A stretch of DNA of 64,000 nt. Origin: an uncultured Methanoregulaceae archaeon (GTDB taxonomy: Archaea; Halobacteriota; Methanomicrobia; Methanomicrobiales; Methanospirillaceae). This document shows positions 57,248-64,000 of this stretch, piece after piece. A program made the position numbers and the translations under genes. The DNA is taken from assembly GCA_963717525.1 (NCBI GenBank), contig OY970343.1, positions 1,216,001-1,280,000 of the forward strand. The letters run 5' to 3'. Position 1 is the stretch's first letter; the number at the start of each line of letters is the position of its first letter. The notes under the pieces are model-generated. The model was not told the DNA's origin, made no database searches, and worked only from the letters and a program-made list of their open reading frames with translations.

Positions 57248-57306
57248 TCTAGTGGCATTTTATAGTATGATATGTAAAGTCACCTTGAGCATTCGGAAGG
57301 CCCAGT

Positions 57307-57771
57307 ATGAAAAAAGAGACAAAGAAAGAGGAATACCCTTCTCAAATCAAGTATCGGGAGAATAATCCTTCGACAACATTCAGGGTGAAGAAAGAAGATA
57401 AACAACGGCTTGATTCGATTATTGCGGCATCAGGTAAACCGCTTTCACAGTGGATGACTGATTTTATTCATGAAAAGATGGACCTCAATGAGGAAACATC
57501 GAAATTGGCAAATAAATGTGATAATTTTCGAGAATATGCACTCGAATTAGAAACAAAGAACAAGGAATTAGAGAATGAAGAAAAATTTATTGTCCCCTGC
57601 TCCATTTGTGGAAAACCTTTGACGTTATCATCCAAGCATTCAAACTGGAAAACAAAAATTTACCCCAAATTGAAAGAGGCATTTAGCACATGGGGTCATG
57701 GAGAATGTAAAACCCGAAAACCGTCTCCTCCAACAAATCGTATTAACTCACCGGAAAATTCGAAGGTCTAG
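57307..57771 (+). CDS. Putative ribbon-helix-helix DNA-binding protein with coiled coil and CxxC...HxxC zinc site
   Basis: TTFRVKKEDKQRLDSIIAASGKPLSQWMTDFI; CSICG ... HGEC. Confidence 0.7.
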   Translation: MKKETKKEEYPSQIKYRENNPSTTFRVKKEDKQRLDSIIAASGKPLSQWMTDFIHEKMDLNEETSKLANKCDNFREYALELETKNKELENEEKFIVPCSICGKPLTLSSKHSNWKTKIYPKLKEAFSTWGHGECKTRKPSPPTNRINSPENSKV

Positions 57772-58051
57772 AAATTCGATATTCTCTATTCCCCACTCAA
57801 AAATGATCTTATTTTAGGGTATATGGATCTCTTGGACTGTGTTTTTCCTTGAATTCCTATTAAAGGAAACGACGGAAACTCCAAAATTTTAGAGACTGCT
57901 ATACCGGTGAGATGGCGGAAAAATCCGGGTTGGATTCCCCAGAGAATAACGGTACCATACTGAAGATCTTGTACGGGACTTGTACTAGGCTTGAGGTAAA
58001 ACACGGGCTTCTTTCGATCAGGGGGTATTTATTAATTTCTTTGAATACACT

Positions 58052-58651
58052 CTATTTTTTCCCGAGACCATAATGGTCTCGTAAAAATTTTCTGACATTT
58101 TCCGACTCTAACTGCCCCTCATCGAGCTTGTCGAGAATTTTTTCGATTATTTTTACCTGTTCTGAGACAAGAGATTTTGTTTTTTCATCAACCATTGCGG
58201 TATCCAGCAGAATGGCCTGTAGGGGGTTTCTGATCTGGTCATTGAGGATCGCAAATTGTTCCAGGTTTTGTTCTATCTGCTGGAATGCGTTCATCTTTAA
58301 TTGTTCGACCTGTTTTTTGCGTATTATGGAACGTTCGGCATAATACGAGATCACAATTCCAAGAGAGACAAAGATGAAAAACCATGCGGTGTGAACTGCG
58401 ATCATTGCGGCAGAAAGCGTTCCGAACACGCATACCAGAACGAAGTAAACTCCGCCAAGGGTGATGGTAACCATTATCACACGTTGGGGAAGGGCATATG
58501 CCGCCAGGAGTACCGGGACAAGGAAAAAATAGGGGAATATATCATTGATGCCATGGGACAGGCTGAATACGGCAACCAGAATCGCAATGAGTGAAGTTAC
58601 GATGATGAGATATATCCAGATGATATTTTCGTGGATAAAATTACGGTGCAT
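58052..58651 (-). CDS. 4-TM membrane sensor with a truncated HisKA-like tail (no HATPase)
   Basis: Four hydrophobic helices, then QIEQNLEQFAILNDQIRNPLQAI...LESENVRKFL. Confidence 0.75.
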   Translation of the reverse strand: MHRNFIHENIIWIYLIIVTSLIAILVAVFSLSHGINDIFPYFFLVPVLLAAYALPQRVIMVTITLGGVYFVLVCVFGTLSAAMIAVHTAWFFIFVSLGIVISYYAERSIIRKKQVEQLKMNAFQQIEQNLEQFAILNDQIRNPLQAILLDTAMVDEKTKSLVSEQVKIIEKILDKLDEGQLESENVRKFLRDHYGLGKK

Positions 58652-58707
58652 TTCACCCCCCTCCCATTAGTCCGTTCCAGAAGATACAGTCTTTACCGGG
58701 CATGAGA

Positions 58708-59439
58708 TCAGATCTTCGCAAAGGACATCGGAATGACTTTCATGCCATACCCCGGGTGGACTTCGAAACTCACAAGGTTTCCGGTAGTTTTTCGCGCACC
58801 ACGGACCTTGACCACTTCCATGACCATGACGTACTTGTCTCCGACAAGGGCCTTTTTCATGTTGAGATGGGCATCGCAGATGGACCGTATCCGGACAAGA
58901 GTATCTTCCTCAAAGGCATAGGTGTGGAGGGTAACGAGCACCGTTTTGCCGTTATCCACAAGGGATTTGCAGTTGGTAAAGAAGGTGAGGATGGAGGCCG
59001 ACTCTGCATATTCCGTAAAAAGCGTCATTGAATCAATAATTGCAACCTCAGCTTTGCTGTTCTGGATATAGGTGATCAGCTTTGCCAGAATGCCTTCCAT
59101 CTCCTCTTTTTTCCACTCAAAACCTACTACATGAAGGGGGAAGACCTTAACATATCCCCAAGCAAAATAATCCGAGATATCGAGGCTCATAGACTCCATC
59201 TGCTTGATAAAACTCTTGCTCGTGTTTTCCGTAGTGAAGAGATTTATCGAACGACTCTGTTTCAAGGCTCCCCAGATGATCTGCTGAGTGAGCACGCTCT
59301 TTCCGGTATCGTTTTCCCCTTCGATAAGGGTCAGAGACCCAAGTGGAATACCGTCGGCTATTTTCTTGTCAAGTTCGCCGTTACCGGTGGAGAGAATCTG
59401 TCGGTCCTCGCCTCCCATCAGGTCACTCATCATTGCCAT
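58708..59439 (-). CDS. flaH: Archaellum accessory KaiC-like ATPase ArlH/FlaH
   Basis: ISTGN-like STGNGELDKKIADGIPLGSLTLIEGENDTGKSVLTQQ, IIDS, RIRSICDAHL. Confidence 0.88.
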   Translation of the reverse strand: MAMMSDLMGGEDRQILSTGNGELDKKIADGIPLGSLTLIEGENDTGKSVLTQQIIWGALKQSRSINLFTTENTSKSFIKQMESMSLDISDYFAWGYVKVFPLHVVGFEWKKEEMEGILAKLITYIQNSKAEVAIIDSMTLFTEYAESASILTFFTNCKSLVDNGKTVLVTLHTYAFEEDTLVRIRSICDAHLNMKKALVGDKYVMVMEVVKVRGARKTTGNLVSFEVHPGYGMKVIPMSFAKI

Positions 59440-59536
59440 GTAAATCTCCTGCCGGCAATTTCATACCGAGAGTTTTTCCGAATTCACCACATTCCTCCAT
59501 TGTGAAAATCACGATACCACACCAGAACCAAACAGG

Positions 59537-59827
59537 CTATTTTTTTATCAGGTGAGCTTCGGTATCGGTGATTTCGTAAATAAGATCCCTCTTCTCCTTT
59601 TTCAGCTGCTGGAGATCTTTTAAGATATCCTGTATCTGGAAATCCCGGTCCCTGATTGCGATTACATACGGCCTGTCCGGCTGATGATTTTCCGGGGTGA
59701 TAGCAAGAATTTCACTTGTATTACGCTGGTGGATTATCTTGAATTCAGTAATTTTTTCAAGATCGATACATACAAAATCCCCGCGATGGAATGGCCCTGA
59801 ATGGCCGAATTTTATGAATACACTCAT
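59537..59827 (-). CDS. Hypothetical protein (96 aa)
   Basis: Clean ORF between the arlCDE-like gene and arlH. Confidence 0.65.
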   Translation of the reverse strand: MSVFIKFGHSGPFHRGDFVCIDLEKITEFKIIHQRNTSEILAITPENHQPDRPYVIAIRDRDFQIQDILKDLQQLKKEKRDLIYEITDTEAHLIKK

Positions 59828-59896
59828 ATAACATCACCCGCTTGGGGCCCAGCGATCAAGAACTTAACGACAGTAAATTTCTCGGCAGACATAGGA

Positions 59897-60796
59897 TCAG
59901 ATCCTATAAGGGAGGATCATCTTTTCATCAACTTTTGGTTTATCAGGAGACGACTTGTTCATCTCGCTGAGTGAGAAATCGGAAAGATCACCATGTTTCC
60001 CAGTTTCCTTCTGGCGATGCACGGTAAGGACATCGATCATGTCGCGGTCAAGGGAAATATCGTTGGGCTTCAATATCCTGTTGAGGTTATACAGTGCTGA
60101 TACGAATTCGTCTGGACCTACTTCGTTTTCATCACCAAGATTTCCCGGCATCAAACGGGATATCCCCCGGATTTCATCAACGGATGCTTTGGATAGGTAC
60201 CCCATAGTCTGGTAGGATTCGAGCATAATTTCAAGCCGGTCGTGGCCGAATTTCCTGACCGTCTCGTGGGTCCATCTGAAAAGATGGTATACCTTATTGA
60301 GCTTGAGTTTTTCGTTTGTATGAAGATGTGACAGGGATCCCGACTTATGAGAATCGGCAATCTGGGATTTCAGCAGTGCAAACATCCTGTCGTCAAGGAT
60401 ATTTTCATCTTCGTTAACCGATGGAGTTTCAGGTTCATGCTGTTTTTTCGGGGATTCGTTTCGGGTTTCTGCATCCAATTTTGCTTTTGTCGCATCCATC
60501 TGCGATTCCTTGTCGTCAAGAGCAGCTTCCCGCGCCTTCAACGCAGATTGTTGGGCTTCCCTGATATCCTCGTCCAGGGCCGACACTCCATCCGGGGTAA
60601 CACGGTCACTACCGAAACTGGCTAGGGTATGCGGATTTTCGATCTCGTTCACCCGTTCCCGGATATCCATCAGAAGCCGCTTGATGGATGTTTTGATGAG
60701 GTCAACTTCTTGCTCTAGGTTCTTGAGCTTGGCATCGGGATCGTCTCCGATTGTTCCCGCAAGGATATGGTCAACCTGTTCTTGATCTATCGCCAC
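59897..60796 (-). CDS. ArlC/D/E (FlaCDE)-like protein
   Basis: N-terminal coiled coil ending EIENPH; C-terminal LFRW...FGHDRLEIMLESYQTMGYLS resembles the FlaD/E domain. Confidence 0.65.
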   Translation of the reverse strand: MAIDQEQVDHILAGTIGDDPDAKLKNLEQEVDLIKTSIKRLLMDIRERVNEIENPHTLASFGSDRVTPDGVSALDEDIREAQQSALKAREAALDDKESQMDATKAKLDAETRNESPKKQHEPETPSVNEDENILDDRMFALLKSQIADSHKSGSLSHLHTNEKLKLNKVYHLFRWTHETVRKFGHDRLEIMLESYQTMGYLSKASVDEIRGISRLMPGNLGDENEVGPDEFVSALYNLNRILKPNDISLDRDMIDVLTVHRQKETGKHGDLSDFSLSEMNKSSPDKPKVDEKMILPYRI

Positions 60797-61160
60797 AATA
60801 CAATCCCCGTATTTAAATCGCTTAGTAGTTTTTTTTGTTAATAAATCTATCTATTTTGAAATAACGATTTATAGTTAGATTTAATGCTATTATCACACGA
60901 ATAGAAGGTTTTTCCGAAATTTTCATCGATTTGTCAGAACAAAGGCTAAGCTTTCCATTCTAGCTCTGTCAAGTCTTGGGCAGCTTGGCTTTCCATGCAC
61001 ACAAAATTGCCGCAGCCATTGGCCTGCCGCCTGATGTAGTATATCCCCCTGCTTGCCCGGACATTTGTAGCAAACTTGCGAGTACGAGACCGGAAAAGCC
61101 TCATGTCAGATTCTTCCTTATGGGGAAAGTCAAGAAATGGATAGATCAGAAAGGTAAAAG

Positions 61161-61242
61161 GGGCTCTGTTAACTTGGTGAGTGATCGAATATTTTATCAG
61201 GCGTTGCAAATTTGATAATCCCCTAACAAGTTAACAGAGCCC
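61161..61242. mobile_element. 82-bp MITE-like element with perfect 16-bp TIRs
   Basis: GGGCTCTGTTAACTTG (61161-76) / CAAGTTAACAGAGCCC (61227-42); no TSD seen. Confidence 0.65.
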
Positions 61243-61293
61243 TCAATTGCGTTTTTTTTATTAGCAGAATATCACTCATATGCCATTACTATA

Positions 61294-61376
61294 AGGTTCC
61301 GTCAAGTTAGCGAGATACAGAACCTTTCTCAAATGTCTGTGAAAATTTAGAAGTTCTTGACAACATAACAGAACCT
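61294..61376. mobile_element. 83-bp degenerate MITE-like element with related TIRs
   Basis: AGGTTCCGTCAAGTTA / CAACATAACAGAACCT (12/16 complementary). Confidence 0.45.
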
Positions 61377-61394
61377 CACCGGCCGCAAACGGAT

Positions 61395-62480
61395 CTAAGA
61401 TGCGTTGCGGGAGAGCGAGAACCGGTTCTGGTCGGAAATATCCCGTATAGATTCAATTGCTCCGATAACATTCCCTTTCGTATCATAAAGCGGGGATGCG
61501 ATGAACCAGATATAAGCACCTTTCCCGTCATAGAGTGTCGGTACAAATAATTCTGAGATCAGTTTATCGTCCTTCTTTTCGACATGGGAATAATATTTTT
61601 TCTTGTCCTCTTCATTACCGAGGACGAAATCGACCAGAATTGGCCGGCGTTTTCCATAGATAGGAACCGAGTATGCGTAATCCCCGATCCCGAGAATTTC
61701 CTCCCGTTTTATTCCGGACATATCCTCTATCGCCTTGTTCCAGACAATGACTTTTCCTTCGCGGTCGATAGCAACGGTTGGATCCGGAAGGAAATCGATG
61801 ATATTCGCCAGCCGTTGTTCAGACTGCTTTAATGCCTTTTCCACCTGTTTGTGCTCCAGGATTTTATTCTGGAGCTTCGTATTATTCTTGATACATTTAG
61901 TGATCTGTCCTTTCACCAGTTCAAGTTCATTCTGGCATTTTTTCATTTTTGTAATATCATCCATGATGATAACAACAGCCTGATCGCCATTCCCAAAAAC
62001 AAGCGGAACAATCTTTGTCGTAAAATTCCGGTCATCTCCGGAGACTTCGAAACAATCCTCAAATGCAAGAGTTGTTCCTTCGGTAGCTTTCTGCAAAGCA
62101 TCGAAATGGTCATGAGTGAAATATGAGGCGAGAACCGAATGCTCGATCTTCTGATTTTTCAACACTTCTTGGGTCAGCTGGAAATAATTAAGAAACGCAT
62201 TATTCGCATCCTGGATGAAGAGCTCTTTATCGAGTATAATGATCAGGTCTGACGATAGGTTTAACAGGTTGGCCAGGGGAAGCCTTTTAGTATGATAAAA
62301 AAGTTTTGCGTTACCGAGTGCTCGCATTTCGGCTCGGCCGGAGCTAACCAATGAATTGAGATATTTCGCCGTAGTCGACCGGTTCAGGGAAATCTTTTTG
62401 GATAATTCGTTAATTGTGAGTCCTTTCGGGTTGTTTTTCAGGAAGTCTTCAATCCGTTCGATTTCGAATTCCTTATCCAT
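61395..62480 (-). CDS. Winged-HTH + tandem PAS domain regulator
   Basis: NPKGLTINELSKKISLNRSTTAKYLNSL; PAS IIDFLPDPTVAID...GAIESIRDI. Confidence 0.85.
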   Translation of the reverse strand: MDKEFEIERIEDFLKNNPKGLTINELSKKISLNRSTTAKYLNSLVSSGRAEMRALGNAKLFYHTKRLPLANLLNLSSDLIIILDKELFIQDANNAFLNYFQLTQEVLKNQKIEHSVLASYFTHDHFDALQKATEGTTLAFEDCFEVSGDDRNFTTKIVPLVFGNGDQAVVIIMDDITKMKKCQNELELVKGQITKCIKNNTKLQNKILEHKQVEKALKQSEQRLANIIDFLPDPTVAIDREGKVIVWNKAIEDMSGIKREEILGIGDYAYSVPIYGKRRPILVDFVLGNEEDKKKYYSHVEKKDDKLISELFVPTLYDGKGAYIWFIASPLYDTKGNVIGAIESIRDISDQNRFSLSRNAS

Positions 62481-62755
62481 CTTTCTCCCACCTTTCAATA
62501 GGTTAGTTGAACAATCACATATATAATGATTTTATATAATTATGTACCTTCAATGCTAGACAAGAGAGATAAACAATATAAGAAAGGTATAAATATAAAA
62601 AAAAGGAAGAGATTAAATATTATAAAATGCCGTCGGATAGCAAATGCGTGGTTACGAAGGTGAATGCATCTGTTCTGGAAACCAAAAAACTACCGGGCTT
62701 TGCCATATCGATGGAGGGGACTCCCCAAAAATCACGAAAACAATGATTGGAGATA

Positions 62756-63351
62756 ATGATGTCAGACGGGAATGAAAAAGGACTGGATGGATTGAAACTA
62801 CTGGATACAACCGCAAATCCAGCGCCCCTCGGGCTGCTGGGATTCGGCATGACAACAGTACTCCTGAACATGCACAATGCCGGGTTCTTTGCGCTCGGTT
62901 CGATGATCCTTGCGATGGGTATCTTCTATGGAGGACTCGCCCAAATCGTCGCGGGGATCATGGAGTGGAAGAAAAACAACACGTTCGGCGCAACTGCATT
63001 CTTTTCGTACGGATGCTTCTGGCTGAGCCTCGTAGCTCTTATCATTTTGCCCGCACTCGGTATCGCACAACCGGTGGACCCGGCTTCAATGGCGGCCTAC
63101 CTGCTTATGTGGGGATTTTTCACTGCGGTGATGTTTGCTGGAACGCTGAAACTGACCGGGCACTCCAGTTCGTTTTCGGGTCCCTTACGATTCTTTTCTT
63201 TCTGCTAGCCCTTGGCGAGATGACCGGTATCGGACTGATCACGACAGTGGCAGGCATTGAAGGAATCATCTGCGGACTTTCTGCGATGTATGCGGGTCTC
63301 GGACAGGTGCTCAACGAATTATACAAAGAACCGGTTGTCAGACTGGGGTAA
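62756..63351 (+). CDS. satP: Acetate uptake transporter (SatP/GPR1/FUN34/YaaH family); frameshift ~63153
   Basis: [28 protein letters not shown]; the C-terminus [18 protein letters not shown] lies in the adjacent frame. Confidence 0.88.
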
Positions 63352-63356
63352 ATAAA

Positions 63357-64000
63357 ATGCTCGAATTAGAGGATTACACAGGAATATTCGAGAAAAGCCC
63401 GGTTGCACAGGTCGTCATTGACCGGGACCTCCGGATTCTTGTGGTGAACGAAGCGTTCTGCACGCTGATGGGATACAGCAGGGAAAGGCTCACCGGGATG
63501 ACATTCACGGATTTCAAGACAAAAAGCCTGATCAAATACCTGAAAGATACCGGGGATTCGTGCGTCACGGTACTAACAACGAAGCGCCCCCTTAAATTCG
63601 AATCAAAGTTCGAAACTTCATCTGGTGTCCACTCTCTCCTTCAATCCTGCCAGCCGTTCCTCGATGAGAAGGGCGATGTGAAATACATCTACAACATGTA
63701 TACTGATATCTCGAAGATCGAGAAAAACCGGGATTACTTGAGCCGTGAGATTGAAGAATTTATAAAAGTATACGACCAGATGGCAGCTGGCGATCTCACC
63801 GCCAGCCACCCGGTTGAAACTCCGGAAGATCCCGACCTCCAGGATACGTTTAACTTCCTCACAAAACTGAGAACCTCGGTCCGCGGAATTATCGCAAATC
63901 TCCAGGTGAATATCAGGGATGTCAACAATCGGATGCTGAATCTTACGACCTCTACTGAAACCACATCCCACAGTGTCAGCGATGCAGTGAAGGGCGTCCA
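63357..64000 (+). CDS. PAS-domain methyl-accepting chemotaxis protein, partial (runs off the window)
   Basis: Manual translation: MLELEDYTGIFEKSPVAQVVIDRDLRILVVNEAFCTLMGYSRERL (PAS), then YDQMAAGDLT (HAMP-like) and heptad helices. The signalling hairpin is not in the window. Confidence 0.75.
   Translation, partial: MLELEDYTGIFEKSPVAQVVIDRDLRILVVNEAFCTLMGYSRERLTGMTFTDFKTKSLIKYLKDTGDSCVTVLTTKRPLKFESKFETSSGVHSLLQSCQPFLDEKGDVKYIYNMYTDISKIEKNRDYLSREIEEFIKVYDQMAAGDLTASHPVETPEDPDLQDTFNFLTKLRTSVRGIIANLQVNIRDVNNRMLNLTTSTETTSHSVSDAVKGV

Larger units (their letters stand above)
51208..57800. mobile_element. Putative (degenerate) genomic island/integrative element downstream of tRNA-Phe
   Basis: Visibly AT-richer DNA, a tyrosine integrase, defence-type ATPase and helicase, and an RHH gene. 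No tRNA-end direct repeat was found, so the right border is uncertain. Confidence 0.6.

Noticed and set aside
57920..57935. AAATCCGGG match to the tRNA-Phe T-arm as a possible attR
   Set aside because: Only 9 bp identical; too short to support an att site.
60946..61209. 87-aa ORF as an IS200-like transposase remnant
   Set aside because: No HUH motif; the resemblance is too weak, and it overlaps the TIR element.

Overview
Chromosomal segment of a methanogenic archaeon, most likely Methanomicrobiales (Methanoregula-like). This is inferred from gene content: methanogenesis marker 14, Tes, CarS, archaeal DnaG, Hef and ArlH. Bases 1-51.2 kb are mostly GC-rich housekeeping genes: topA (partial), gatCAB, pyrC, dnaG, tes/carS, pyrE-purD-argF, argG, carAB, Grx-FDR, metG, glyS, hef, tRNA-Leu(TAA) and tRNA-Phe(GAA). 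Right after tRNA-Phe the sequence becomes more AT-rich and accessory. It carries a Shango-like SngB ATPase and SngC helicase pair with no SngA/TerB gene, a tyrosine integrase, and an RHH/Zn-finger gene behind a 12-bp-periodic AGATT array. Further on are an orphan ArlCDE/ArlH pair, twin ~82-bp TIR elements and an acetate permease-chemoreceptor pair. About 13 frameshifts, several in essential genes, point to an indel-prone assembly rather than pseudogenes. The most notable non-coding signal is a GC-rich multi-hairpin element in two diverged copies (~26.15 kb and ~45.9 kb) with conserved stems and variable loops. All family assignments come from motif recognition by eye; no searches were run.
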